Notes: generated by a model from the sequence alone, not told the origin. A stretch of 61,580 nt of DNA, filler included, from Stramenopiles sp. TOSAG23-3 (GCA_900128585.1; 19 parts of 19 records of this genome joined end to end with filler, not necessarily neighbours in it); one strand, 5' to 3'; shown: positions 10,929-22,098, counted from the whole stretch's first letter. Program-made: numbers and translations.

Positions 10929-11878
10929 TTCAACCCATCGGGGTAGAACAATCGTTGTTTTGGGAAAGATATGCTTTTTCTAAAAATATTTTTATTAAAG
11001 GAAAAGCGCATATTTTTTATATAATATAATATTTTTTAAAATATGTTGTGGTGAATGATGATGATGATGAAGGAGAGGAGGAGAGGAGAGAAGAGGAATA
11101 AAATGAAGAATATAATAAATTATAATCAACAATTATTACGTAAAACAAAATATTTTTTTCTTTTTTTATACTAAAAAATAATCCCATAGTATATATATAT
11201 ATGATGTGATATTATTAATATGTTAGAATGGACAATATTGTTCGTTCTACTATTTGTGGATTTATAGTCCTATATGGTACTGTTATTCTCTGATTTAGTT
11301 TACCTATTTATATTAGTATAAAATATAGTATTCTTTCCATTATTATTTCAAACATAGTCACAACATTGTATTATTGAAAACTATATTAACACAGCATAGA
11401 AGAAGAGATAACGGTTTTTGATTTAGATGACGGTTTTTGATTTCATTTTAATAACAGCTATTACTATACTCTACAGTACCGTACGAACCTTCTCTAAAAT
11501 AATAATAATTATTATAGAATGAAGAACGAAGAAGAAAGAAGAAGAAAAGAAGAAAAGAAGAAAATAATACTACACAGAAGCTCCTCCTCCTCCTGCTCGC
11601 TCTTTATATTTACCTTTCATATATTATAATAATAAAAGAAGAAGAAGAAGAAGCAAGCGGCGCGAAGAAAAGAAAACAGTACCGTAGTAGAAGAGAGGGT
11701 CGACGGATACATATGAGTTATAAAAACTCATACTTTCGAACATATTGACAAATATTAATGAATTAGTATGTGTGTATTTGTTTGATAAAAGGAAAGGGGA
11801 TTTGTATCTAACGTATTGAACATTCTGTCGTTCAAGTTCCAATTTTTTGAACGCACATTGTTAAATAATACTCGACCA

Positions 11879-12942
11879 ATGGACAACAACAAATTAGAAA
11901 CTTCCTTGGCAAGTGGTGGCTCGGGCGGGGTTGGTCCCGTTCCTCAAGCGAAAACTTCTAGCAATGGGGAAGGTTGCGTGGACAAAGAAAACCAAGCAAA
12001 TGGAGACCCTGGCCAAATGAGTAAACAAGCACTTCCCTCTCCGATGGACAAAAGAAAGATATTTTCGCTAACCTCAGTAAGCCCGTTTGTGCGTGTTGGC
12101 AATAAAATTGAAGCGAAGCGCGACATGGTCATTACACAAGACGTAGAAGTCCCAGAGACATCGCCTCCTAGCAGCAGTAGAAGCGAAGGGTCGAGCACGG
12201 GCCCGAAAGAGCTGCCTAGCTTGAAACCGTACAAGATGCCCCAAGGGATGCCACCTATGCCGAAAGACAACTTAAAGAAGTGGTTTAGTTTATTAGAACA
12301 GGCGCGCGCAGAACGAGCTGAAGCCTTGGCGGCGCTGGACGCGACGCAGCGGTCCTTGGACACTCTGAAAGCGGGGTTTCTTGAGTTGCAGAAAAACCAC
12401 GATGCAACTGTCTCCTTCAAATCCGATTTGGAGCGAAAACACGAAGATCTCAAAGAGGAATATGCGGAAGAGAGCCTTAGGTTTGACGGAAAAATGTATG
12501 AAATGAGAGAATCGGCGCAACAAGAAAAGGCAAAGAGTGACTTATTGCTTGAAAAATCGAGGAAACGGTACAGCGATGCTGTCAACGCATGGACTGATAA
12601 GCATGAAATTTTGAAAACCCGGTTAGAAGAGCAAAAGAAGCAAACGTCTGCAGCCATAGAATCGGCCAAGGAAGCAAAAGATGAAGTCGCCGCGCGGGAG
12701 AAGCAAGCGCAGACGGATGCAGAAATAAAGGCAAACAAGAAAAACCTAAAGGCACTGCAGGAGATCTCGAAACTAGAGAAGGAAGTTAGTGTACTGAAAA
12801 GCAAGTTGAAACATGCTTCTGCTAGGTCAAAGGGTGGGCGGCAGAGCCATGTATCGGATAGCATGGCCATAAACGCTGCATATGAAACGAACAAACGACT
12901 GAAAGAAAAACTTGCAGCGGAGGTGGATCGGTCAGAAAAACT
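11879..12942 (+). CDS. Long coiled-coil protein with N-terminal KEN box (3' truncated)
   Basis: ATG at 11879. DKENQ in a disordered region, followed by an extended E/K/A-rich heptad region. Confidence 0.75.
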
Positions 12943-13042
12943 NNNNNNNNNNNNNNNNNNNNNNNNNNNNNNNNNNNNNNNNNNNNTTAATTAATTAANN
13001 NNNNNNNNNNNNNNNNNNNNNNNNNNNNNNNNNNNNNNNNNN

Positions 13043-13328
13043 CACAAGGATCACAGCGCGTGCGCGTGTATATCTCTCTTACGTCTTTCGGTTCCATAAA
13101 GTAGATTTCATTGTTAGCGGAGAATAAAGATATTGTTTTTGCCATTGCCATCCATTGGAGTACGATTAATGTAGCAGTGAATACTAAATGAACAAGGCAG
13201 AAAATATACGAATTGGCACGTTTGTATTTATTGTTGTATTCACTAAATGTCTTGACGCCTTTATTTCTCGCAATTTTGTTGCGAATTTCGCGGCCCTCCT
13301 GATTTTTTTCACGAATTTGGTTATCCAT
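13043..13328 (-). CDS. Membrane protein N-terminus, possibly choline-transporter-like (3' truncated)
   Basis: ATG start and one TM segment (YIFCLVHLVFTATLIVLQW). Open to the contig end. Confidence 0.45.
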
Positions 13329-14069
13329 GTCGCTTCACATATGTGATAAAAAGGCCAACTAAAGTGTGAAACTATTTCTCCAGTCAGTGATCTCCTGGAT
13401 TCATATCGAGTACACTTCAGTGATCAGCCAACAATTATAATCATTCCGAATGCCAAACAATTGTTTGAAATAATATCGTGTAAGTACTTTCAATTCCTTT
13501 TTTTCAACTTGTTATTTATAATATTTGTAAAGCTTATTTTTTTTTTTATAATTTAAAATATTTAATGAGTCTCTTAAAACATATTTATATATTTTTTTTT
13601 TTTTTTAATAACGAGGAGGGAGAAGAGGAGGCTAAAAAAATAAGATGAAGAAGCGATGAAAAGAAAAAATGGATTCTTCTCCGATTCTTCTTCTTCTTCT
13701 CCCTTCTTCCCTTTCTCTTTTTGTATAAATTACTACGTAGGACATATATATTTAAAGTATACATAATATTGTACTTATGATCGACGATATTAGTTTTCCC
13801 TTTTTTTCGCATGTGAAAAAAAAAGACAAACACCTGTGAATTTTTTTCACAACAAATATTATAATGCTGCGCTGGTTGGTGGTGTGCTTTTCCGTCTAAT
13901 TAATTACACTATACCCCGAATTAATTGTAACAAATATCAAATCGAAGTGTATACGCCCCACCGGAAAATTATCATTGGCCTGTCAACCAAAAGAAACAAA
14001 ATTCACCGCTTTAATTCGTCTGAAACCGGCGGAACACACGCACAAAAAATACACGAAGAAGAATCGGCC

Positions 14070-14783
14070 ATGGCCTCAATCTTGCCGAACATTGAATTCA
14101 GAGCATTCCGCTCTAAAACAAAAATGCACGGTTTGAAAATTTCTAGTATCCCGTTCGATTGTGCAATTTGTTTTCGGGAAGATATCGAAAAAGTTCCGCT
14201 GCCATGCTGTGGAAAGGCAGTGGAATCATCTATGGCATATTGTGCTTCATGTCTACAAAGAGTCTGTTCGTTTAACATAGCATGTCAAATTGGAGTTTGC
14301 CCAACTTGTCGAAAGGGATTTACAGTTGAGGAGACGAGCAGCGGCAAATTTAGATGTAGGAAAGCTAAATTAAACGAAGAGTTGACGCCAGAGGAGTATT
14401 ACGAACGATATTCTAAAGTTTTTGCAAAACAAAGATTAAAAATGGATCTAAACGATCCATTGCAGAAAGAATTGTTTTGGATCGCCGAGGAAGCGATGAC
14501 CAAACCGTTGCCTCACGGTTGGGTTTTTGTAGAAGATGGGAAAAGTAAGCTACTGTATTATAGAAATGAGCGCAATAACGTATCTCAATGGAAGCACCCC
14601 GAAGACGCAAAATACATTGAGCTATTTCAAACTGAATTGAGAAAGAAAATCCAAGAAAAGGAACGGAACGAAAAGCTTAAGAATCATAAAATAGAGATGG
14701 AAAAAATGGCAATTGAAGCCCGAGCTTACGTGTTGAGATTGGAAAAATTCAACAAAGAAAGGCTTCCTTTTCTTATTGCTTAA
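14070..14783 (+). CDS. RING-finger plus CEP164-type WW-domain protein
   Basis: CAIC..LPCC..CASC..CPTCR, then LFWIAEEAMTKPLPHGW...YY.N....SQWKHP, then a coiled-coil tail. Confidence 0.8.
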   Translation: MASILPNIEFRAFRSKTKMHGLKISSIPFDCAICFREDIEKVPLPCCGKAVESSMAYCASCLQRVCSFNIACQIGVCPTCRKGFTVEETSSGKFRCRKAKLNEELTPEEYYERYSKVFAKQRLKMDLNDPLQKELFWIAEEAMTKPLPHGWVFVEDGKSKLLYYRNERNNVSQWKHPEDAKYIELFQTELRKKIQEKERNEKLKNHKIEMEKMAIEARAYVLRLEKFNKERLPFLIA

Positions 14784-14937
14784 ACATCCCCGTAAAAGCT
14801 GTGTGTCGAATAAATAATAAAATATTATCTGTTGTTTTTTATAAATATAAATACATTTTTGGTACAAGGTAATACTACCATTGTTGTGTTGAATACATGA
14901 TAACCGCTTATTTAAATGTTTATCGTAAAGTAAGTTT

Positions 14938-16197
14938 TTATATAAACTCAAAACGAAACCGAAATTTGTGAGAATTGCCTGTACCATTGGTGAAAGGGTA
15001 CCATACAGGGTAATTGGTGTTCCAAATATTTCCCACCAATGCAAAGTGGACCCCCCCTGACGGGTTCGGCACGACCAATGGGGTCGGTACTGGGGAAACA
15101 ACACCAATGCTAACAAGTGCTGTATCGAGGGAAACAAATTTTATGGACTCAGTCTTCTCTTTTGAAAATGTAGTCACACCATTGTCCCCGACCGCATGCA
15201 AATGGATTCCACATGTCAAGTGTTTCATCCCATCGCATCCTAAATCAACGTCGGTTGGGTCAATGGAAGAGCCCAGCTTATCCAAAGCAACACGACCGAA
15301 TGATTCAGGAATAGACTTTGCTTTCAAGTCTGCCAAAGAAAGTGGAAAATGCGACAGCCATATGGTTTCTGGTATGTGGGTTGCAGTTTTGTTGAACCAT
15401 CGCAAGTCGTAGTGGATGCTGTCCTCCTCGCATGCGATGTTGACTTGAAATTTCTCAGGAGCGCCTCGTTTTTTGTGCGCTTCCCGATTCTCCATGCCAA
15501 GGTCAAGCACGATTTGGGTAACATTATCCGCCCTAACGCGGAGCAAGGTAGTGTTTGAACTAATTGCCTCGGATTTTAAACCAGGCTTGTACAGGCCTTC
15601 TGCAGTCAATTCTGGCCAAATTGCAGATATTCCCGCGATGTATTGCTTAACGTACGTTTTGAAGAAGGAGCTGTCCATGCCCTGATAATGGACTTTTCCA
15701 ACAGGGTGGTTTGCATCTGCAAACACTTTTTGGCCTTTCACCAAGTGTACTATTGACCCATCCTTTCCAAACCCAATTTGAAACTTTCCGCACCTTAGAA
15801 CACTTTCTGACCCTGCAACAGCATCGCGCAAAAGGCCGCCACCGTCGTCCAGTTCAGGTCTATTATGATTCTCAATGTCGTGCCATGCTTCCAGAATTTG
15901 CCTTGCCAAAACGGAGGTCTGGTCAAGTGCCGCCACTGCATTCCTTAAGATACTACGTTGTTCAATCCACCCCAACGCTGCTGTTTGAAAGTCCTTATCG
16001 TTCTTCAAGCTATGCTGCAATGCACTGTTTTCCCAGCTTTTGTACATGAGTGGGTCACCATTCCAACCCCATGTGTGCTCGCCGGCCACAATGAGAAGCC
16101 TTTCAAACGTTTTGAATTTTTGCTCATCGCCATTCGCTAATTTCAAACAGTTATTCTCTTTTGCGCATGTTGAATATACACGCTGGGCCGCGCGAAA
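14938..16197 (-). CDS. DUF5054-like putative glycoside hydrolase, C-terminal part (5' truncated)
   Basis: EHTWG, NKTATHIPETIW, HLHAV, SLDTALV and NIWNTNYPVWY motifs. Confidence 0.7.
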   Translation of the reverse strand, partial: FRAAQRVYSTCAKENNCLKLANGDEQKFKTFERLLIVAGEHTWGWNGDPLMYKSWENSALQHSLKNDKDFQTAALGWIEQRSILRNAVAALDQTSVLARQILEAWHDIENHNRPELDDGGGLLRDAVAGSESVLRCGKFQIGFGKDGSIVHLVKGQKVFADANHPVGKVHYQGMDSSFFKTYVKQYIAGISAIWPELTAEGLYKPGLKSEAISSNTTLLRVRADNVTQIVLDLGMENREAHKKRGAPEKFQVNIACEEDSIHYDLRWFNKTATHIPETIWLSHFPLSLADLKAKSIPESFGRVALDKLGSSIDPTDVDLGCDGMKHLTCGIHLHAVGDNGVTTFSKEKTESIKFVSLDTALVSIGVVSPVPTPLVVPNPSGGVHFALVGNIWNTNYPVWYPFTNGTGNSHKFRFRFEFI

Positions 16198-16299
16198 NNN
16201 NNNNNNNNNNNNNNNNNNNNNNNNNNNNNNNNNNNNNNNNNTTAATTAATTAANNNNNNNNNNNNNNNNNNNNNNNNNNNNNNNNNNNNNNNNNNNNCG

Positions 16300-17190
16300 A
16301 ACGAAGGCGATCCACTGGCCGACATCGTGTGGATACACCGAGAACTGCATCGGTGGATCTACGGTAACGTGGTGCACAAGTGGGCAAGTATTCTTCGAAA
16401 ACCCCAAAAGTTTTTTCGCATGTTTGCTGGGTACCACGTCACCAACGACTTTATTCATGAGGCGTTGGCAAGGTCCGACGTTGATTTTCAAACTGTCCCA
16501 GAAGTATTGCAATCGTGGTCATGCTCGACGTTGCACCAGATCATTGCTCATTTTATCGAGATACGGTTTCCAGTCTTTCTGGCCCTGAACAAACGGGACA
16601 AGCCACAGGCCAAAGCTCATATCGAACGAATAGGAAAAGTGTACCCAACGTGCAGGTACAACAGCGTGTCTGCTAGGGTGGGCGGCCAACTGCGCTCCTG
16701 GATGCGCGATGGCGTCTGCGAATCGTACAGTGTTACGGAGCCCGTGTCAATCAAACTGCTGGGGGAGTTTGCCGGTAACGAGCGGATAAAGTTGCAAGCA
16801 GAGGAACTGAAATCTTTATTGCGCGCCACGGGGCCACCGAACATATTGAAGACGGTACGAGATGCCATGAAGATGAGATGGCCCCGTCTAGTCTTTCCTG
16901 TTTCCGATGTAGAAGACGGAAAAGACAAAACGCTGTACCTCGGTCTTGTCTCCAACACCCGCTTTGGAGACTGTATACCTTTTCGCCATGGCTCTACCAT
17001 CAAGGATGTATTTAAATTTTTGACCAAAGAGGGCATTCTTTCGGGGGATTTTGTCCGGGCAGAGATGCTGCTGTGGCCACAAGAGAAACGGAAATTGGTT
17101 CGGAAAACTGAACTGCTGAAAGACGCCGTTACCGTCGTCAAAATCTCGACAAATCGAAAACGCCAATGGCAAAATCCAAAGCGTGGCTAA
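16300..17190 (+). CDS. Obg-family GTPase (YGR210C/archaeal YchF-like), C-terminal part with TGS-like domain (5' truncated)
   Basis: DPLADIVWIHRELHRWI, G4 motif ALNKRD, SA motif, and DCIPFRHGSTIKDVF. Confidence 0.75.
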   Translation, partial: NEGDPLADIVWIHRELHRWIYGNVVHKWASILRKPQKFFRMFAGYHVTNDFIHEALARSDVDFQTVPEVLQSWSCSTLHQIIAHFIEIRFPVFLALNKRDKPQAKAHIERIGKVYPTCRYNSVSARVGGQLRSWMRDGVCESYSVTEPVSIKLLGEFAGNERIKLQAEELKSLLRATGPPNILKTVRDAMKMRWPRLVFPVSDVEDGKDKTLYLGLVSNTRFGDCIPFRHGSTIKDVFKFLTKEGILSGDFVRAEMLLWPQEKRKLVRKTELLKDAVTVVKISTNRKRQWQNPKRG

Positions 17191-17448
17191 GAATGTTTTT
17201 CTTTTTGTAAATAATTGTGTAACAATCTTACATAATTTAAACCAGAACACAAAGGTGCAGATTATGAACACCGACCCAAACGACCCCCCTTCGACACCTC
17301 AACTCACAAATGCCAATCCCTTGATTGCTCCACAAGACAGACAACGAGCACCTTTAAAACAATTACGCCGCTGCTTGGACACCAACACAAGGAATGATTA
17401 ATCTATGAGCGAGACACTGGATGAGGAAGTTGATTATGGGTCTCCTGT

Positions 17449-17800
17449 AGGGTATACTGATTAGTAAAACCACAAGAGCAGAGATAAGTTCGCAGCACAT
17501 GAAGGAACGTAAACCTCTAATTCGAAAATGTCTAATAAATTTAGAGTTCAGTTCGCAGTACATTAATTTTAATTACTTAAGTAACAGCCAATTTTCTTGT
17601 GTTTTCAAAATATCATATAATTTAAATAACAGCCAATTTTCTTGTTTTTTTAAATTTTTTTCCTATTTTATAATTTAGAGTAATTTGGTGGTGATTGACA
17701 ACCAACAATGAAACAAAATTACAGAACCAACAAGGTAGGATTAGTAGGGTATGAGGAAGCTAAATTTAATTACTTAAATAACAGCCAATTTTCTTGTTTT
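17449..17800 (+). repeat. Dispersed repeat: module A, a lone core, and module B
   Basis: 17449-17600 aligns with 35788-35950. 17725-17800 aligns with 39675-39740. Three TAACAGCCAATTTTCTTG cores. Confidence 0.9.
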
Positions 17801-17855
17801 TAAGTAATTTGATGGACCATGGGCTGCCCGGACCACTTCCAGAACGACTACCATC

Positions 17856-18446
17856 TTATTTCTCCATCTCCATTTCTGCAGGGGCGACTTTTACCGAATT
17901 TTTCGCAACGGCGTAGTTTGGGCTTAAAATCTTTTTCTGAAAATTTTCTAAAGCGCGTGCCTCTTGGCAGACTGCGCAAGGACTGCAGCACAGGTGAGAA
18001 GAGAATAAGTTGGTCAGCCAATTGGAAGGGGAATCCCCTACTGCCTTCTCCACCTTTCCTCGCCCGAGGGAGCCGATGTAGCACGGGCAGCAGAGGATGA
18101 CCCCCGGGACCAAGCAATAAACTACGGAATTGCAACAAAACGCAAATTTTGACTTTCCCAAACGACTTCTTATAACCGCACCAATGTACATCTGCTCTTT
18201 CACTTTGTTCCCTTTTGATTTTTTTATTGATGCGTGAAACAAGCCTGCTTTTTCAATGTTGGAGGCATACAAGCAGCCAGGAGCTAGCGTTCCACAGATG
18301 CAGACTTTCGTCGAATTCAGATCTATGCGACAAAGTCCACCCCCGTATCGCAAGAATCTGCGCGCATGTGGCTTTGGCTCTTGGCCGTGGTAACACAACA
18401 TTTGCTTGCAACCATAACTGTGTTCGTATGCGTCGTCGTCGGCCAT
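17856..18446 (-). CDS. PLAC8-family cysteine-rich protein
   Basis: CCPC, R..., and HLCCSPCAVCQEAR motifs. Likely ATG at 18446. Confidence 0.85.
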   Translation of the reverse strand: MADDDAYEHSYGCKQMLCYHGQEPKPHARRFLRYGGGLCRIDLNSTKVCICGTLAPGCLYASNIEKAGLFHASIKKSKGNKVKEQMYIGAVIRSRLGKSKFAFCCNSVVYCLVPGVILCCPCYIGSLGRGKVEKAVGDSPSNWLTNLFSSHLCCSPCAVCQEARALENFQKKILSPNYAVAKNSVKVAPAEMEMEK

Positions 18447-18883
18447 GTCGTCAAGAGTACGTGGTGGAAAAGTTGTTGTTTGTAAGCAGCCTTGGAGCAA
18501 ATGTACATTTAACTTTTCTCTCCTCCACCTGTTCAATGTTCAATTGAATCCGGTTCCTTTTCGTGTTTCCAAATACATCAAACCTATCATAGTATATTTT
18601 TTTAATATAATACAAACACTGTATATGATAATTTCGTTACATGTACAGGAGTAAAACAACAGAGAAAAGAAGAGCACCACTTCAACTCTTCAACTTACCC
18701 GAGGGAGGAAGAAGAAGAATGTAACGGAAGAACAACTGCTGAGCGGGTGAGTGTTTTATATAAATCATTCCAGAACTAGTATCTCCTTGTTTCCGTATAG
18801 TACTATAATATAAGTATAAATAGTATAAATATTAAATAGGTAGAAGGCGTATATTTAATATTTTCTTTATTTTTTGTTTTGTT

Positions 18884-19008
18884 TTCTTCTTTCTTCTTCT
18901 TCTTCTTTCTTCTTCTTCTTTCTTCTTCTTCTTCTTCTTCTTCTTCTTCTTCTTCTTCTTCTTTTTCTTTTTTCTTCTTCTTCTTCTTCTTCTTTCTTCT
19001 TCTTTCTT

Positions 19009-19039
<31 letters not shown>

Positions 19040-19448
19040 AACTTCTTCCACCGACAAAAAAACAAAAGTGCAAAAGCAAAGAAAAACGAAAGCAATGTAT
19101 ATCTATCTAACTAACTATCTTTGAACAGAATATTTCAATGTCAACGAAAATGCATTACACTTTTTAAGCAATCAACATACTGTACTATTATTCTACTTCA
19201 TGGATTTTCACTCTCCATTCGATTATTATTCACTTCTTTTTTCTTCTTTTTTTTTTTTTTTATTATATATTTTTTTTTTAAATTTTTTTTATTAATAATA
19301 AAATTTGTGGAGGAGAGAGAAAGGAAGAAGAAGAAGAAGAAGAAAAAGAGAGAGGAAGGAAGAAGAAGAAGAAAGAAGAAAGAAGAAGAAGAAGAAGAAG
19401 AAGAAGAAGAAGAAGAAGAAGAAGAAGAAGAAAGAAGAAGAAGAAGAA
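18884..19448. repeat. Imperfect (TTC)n tract (about 18884-19038) and (GAA)n tract (about 19320-19448)
   Basis: Seen directly; the two tracts are complementary to each other. Confidence 0.95.
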
Positions 19449-19548
19449 NNNNNNNNNNNNNNNNNNNNNNNNNNNNNNNNNNNNNNNNNNNNTTAATTAA
19501 TTAANNNNNNNNNNNNNNNNNNNNNNNNNNNNNNNNNNNNNNNNNNNN

Positions 19549-22098
19549 TCCAACGCTACAGCATCCAACCAGGACGAGGCCCAGGGGGGCACTGCCGAAA
19601 CGAGCGGTGTCACGGAGGAAGAGTTGGAGGAAGAAGAGAGAATTTTGAAGCAAGCGGCAGAGTCCCAGATGGTACTGAAGCGGGCAACGAACGTTGCGGC
19701 AAGGCAGGGTGTACCCGTTGAAAAGATCCAAGTCGTAGACAAGTACGGGGCGTTCGTGTCCGTTCCAGCGCTTAAGGAAGAAATCAATGCGGCCCTTGCC
19801 GTGCGCCAGAAACGAAAAGAGCGCTCAAGGGCGAGAAGAATGGCGTTGCAAACGGCTCCCGTCGTTCCCCAGTTCAAGTGCAGCTGTCTGAACGACATGA
19901 CCTCGCGGCACCCGGAGGAGCAGATGCGGTTTGCCTTCAAACTGGCAGACCTGAACGGCGATGGGCGAGTGACGAAGGACGAAATTGAAGAGGGGCTGTT
20001 GCAATTTGCGGGGGGCGACGAGGACGACGAGGACGAGCTGTGGGCCGTTGAGCGATTCAAGGACATCGTAAACGAAGCATTTAGCGCGGGAGGCAGTGCC
20101 TCTACGTACGTCGACGAAACCCATTTGATGGAGTCCGAGTGCGCGGGGACAGCGGTCGGCGCGCCCCTGAGCGTTACGGTCGACGAACTGGTCGCTTTGA
20201 AAAAGTGGGCAACCGACGTCAGCTACTACGAGCAAGTTTTTACCAAAACGTTTTTGGGCCTCCTGCGCAATGCATTCATAGCCGCATGCCACGAGACCGC
20301 GTTTTTGGCGCTGAAAGAGACGGAAGACGTGCCGTGGTTTAAGGGCATCCCAGCGAGTTCTTCATCGGACAAGCAGTCGGAAGGCGCAAAAGAATCCGAA
20401 CAAAATATAGCGTTTTTGAGCGCCTCTGGCCTGAAAGCGGTGAACGAGCTGCGTGTGAACTGCGGGGGGGCAACGAAGAAGGTACGGTCTACGCTAGCGC
20501 GCTACGACAGCATAAAGTCCGGCTACATTAAACTGAACGACTTCAAGCGGGCACTGGGCCATTTCAACGTGTCAGAGCACAACATAGACATTCTGGCGAA
20601 GGTATGCGAAGATCCGGACCACAAAGACCACTACATGTACGCGAGGGTCGGGGATATTCTGCATTCTGCGACCACGCTGGTCGCTGAAGACAGCCAGTAC
20701 ATGGAAAAAGTGATCAGCGAAATGTCAACGTCGGAGCGGGGCGACACCGTATTCAGTCCTCGCCTGGAATCGTTCATAACCCACGCGAAGGACCAGTGGG
20801 ACGTCTTTCCGGCGGCGCTGTGCGCAAAAGCCTGGAAACTGTTAAAGTGCATCCGGGACAGGAAGAACCTCTCGAGTATGATCCACCCAGGGGTGGCAGT
20901 GAAAGCCGGGAAGGGCGGGTACGCGGATTCTATTCCCCTCTTTGCCGAGGGCGACGATTGCGTTAACGCATACAGCTGCCACGAGTGGGAAAATGCGTTG
21001 TGGAGGCAGCAGGTCCAGCGGAATTACGCGCATATCGTCGAGGCAAGTCCGGGTGGGAACGGGATTCGAATGAAAACGACACCGACGCTGGAAGAGGATG
21101 AAACGTCTGGGGCCATCGTGTGGGTTCGGCTGCTCGGTTTCATGTACGACCGCCGGGCAAGCCTTCGCAAAGATGCGCTGACGGAGAAAGAGCACAAGCG
21201 GTTGGTGACGATGCAGCGAATGAGCGCGATGTCGAAACCGAAAGCCTCGTCGCCATCGAAGCGCCAAAAACGAGAGGAGGAAATCGAACGCAAGCGCAGA
21301 AGGAAGGAGCGGGAGCGCCAGAAACTGCTGAACGCGGCGGGTGGCCCCACCTTCGTGGAGCGCATGGACAAAAAGATCGCGGAAGCACGAAAGAAGAAAG
21401 AGCGGGCCGTCGAGGAGTACGAGAATACGCTGAAAAAGAACGCCCTGGGAAAGAGGAACCCCGGAAAAAAGGCCGACACCCTCGGGTTTTTGAAGCGGTT
21501 GCAAGAGAGCGAAGAGCTAAAAGAGAAAAAGCGGAGGGACAAGATTGCCGAGGAAATGCGAAAAAGCAAGCCCGCGCGAAAGAAACATTCCGAGGGGGAA
21601 CAGGTCAAGAAGCTGTCGAGGGCCTTGACGAAAGCGCAGAAGGCGAAGGCGGAGGAAGGGTTCAACAAATTTGACATAGACGGGAGTGGTTTTATAGAAA
21701 AAGCAGAGTTCGAGCAGGTTGTCAATGCATTGGGAGAATCGTTGACCGAAAAGGACTTAATGGTCTTGCTACGGAGGCTGGACACGAACGGGGACGGGAC
21801 GATAAGCAAGGACGAGTTCATGGCCTGGTGGCTGTGCCGTTGTCCCAGCTGTTTCTACGTAATGGAGCGACAGCCCGTCCCGGGGCGCAACAAGCGTCGG
21901 TTTGTCCTAGGCACGGACGACGCGGTGAAGTGGGCAACGGACTACCGAGTGCTGGACTTTAGCGACCCGCCCCTACCCCCTACCAAGGAGATGCTGATAT
22001 GTGCGAGTTGCTACGACGTCTACAAACGCGATCGGTTCATTGAGCGCTTGGACAAAGCAGAGGCGAAGCGTCTTGCTACTTTGGGTCTACGGCGGTAA
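19549..22098 (+). CDS. Large multi-EF-hand protein with coiled coil and C-terminal CxxC..CxxC (5' truncated)
   Basis: EF loops DLNGDGRVTKDE, DSIKSGYIKLND, DIDGSGFIEKAE and DTNGDGTISKDE; CPSC...CASC. Confidence 0.85.
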   Translation, partial: SNATASNQDEAQGGTAETSGVTEEELEEEERILKQAAESQMVLKRATNVAARQGVPVEKIQVVDKYGAFVSVPALKEEINAALAVRQKRKERSRARRMALQTAPVVPQFKCSCLNDMTSRHPEEQMRFAFKLADLNGDGRVTKDEIEEGLLQFAGGDEDDEDELWAVERFKDIVNEAFSAGGSASTYVDETHLMESECAGTAVGAPLSVTVDELVALKKWATDVSYYEQVFTKTFLGLLRNAFIAACHETAFLALKETEDVPWFKGIPASSSSDKQSEGAKESEQNIAFLSASGLKAVNELRVNCGGATKKVRSTLARYDSIKSGYIKLNDFKRALGHFNVSEHNIDILAKVCEDPDHKDHYMYARVGDILHSATTLVAEDSQYMEKVISEMSTSERGDTVFSPRLESFITHAKDQWDVFPAALCAKAWKLLKCIRDRKNLSSMIHPGVAVKAGKGGYADSIPLFAEGDDCVNAYSCHEWENALWRQQVQRNYAHIVEASPGGNGIRMKTTPTLEEDETSGAIVWVRLLGFMYDRRASLRKDALTEKEHKRLVTMQRMSAMSKPKASSPSKRQKREEEIERKRRRKERERQKLLNAAGGPTFVERMDKKIAEARKKKERAVEEYENTLKKNALGKRNPGKKADTLGFLKRLQESEELKEKKRRDKIAEEMRKSKPARKKHSEGEQVKKLSRALTKAQKAKAEEGFNKFDIDGSGFIEKAEFEQVVNALGESLTEKDLMVLLRRLDTNGDGTISKDEFMAWWLCRCPSCFYVMERQPVPGRNKRRFVLGTDDAVKWATDYRVLDFSDPPLPPTKEMLICASCYDVYKRDRFIERLDKAEAKRLATLGLRR

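Noticed and set aside
11944-12894. Long antisense ORFs (also 21024-21821, 42218-43096, 37270-38097 and 60733-61332)
   Set aside because: Shadows of well-supported genes on the opposite strand, with no recognisable motifs.
17183-17401. Short ORF next to the repeat cluster
   Set aside because: No recognisable motif and no transposase or reverse-transcriptase features.
18832-19504. Poly-K/R/E/L/F ORFs (also 45135-45467 and 58395-58627)
   Set aside because: Translations of GAA/TTC microsatellites.
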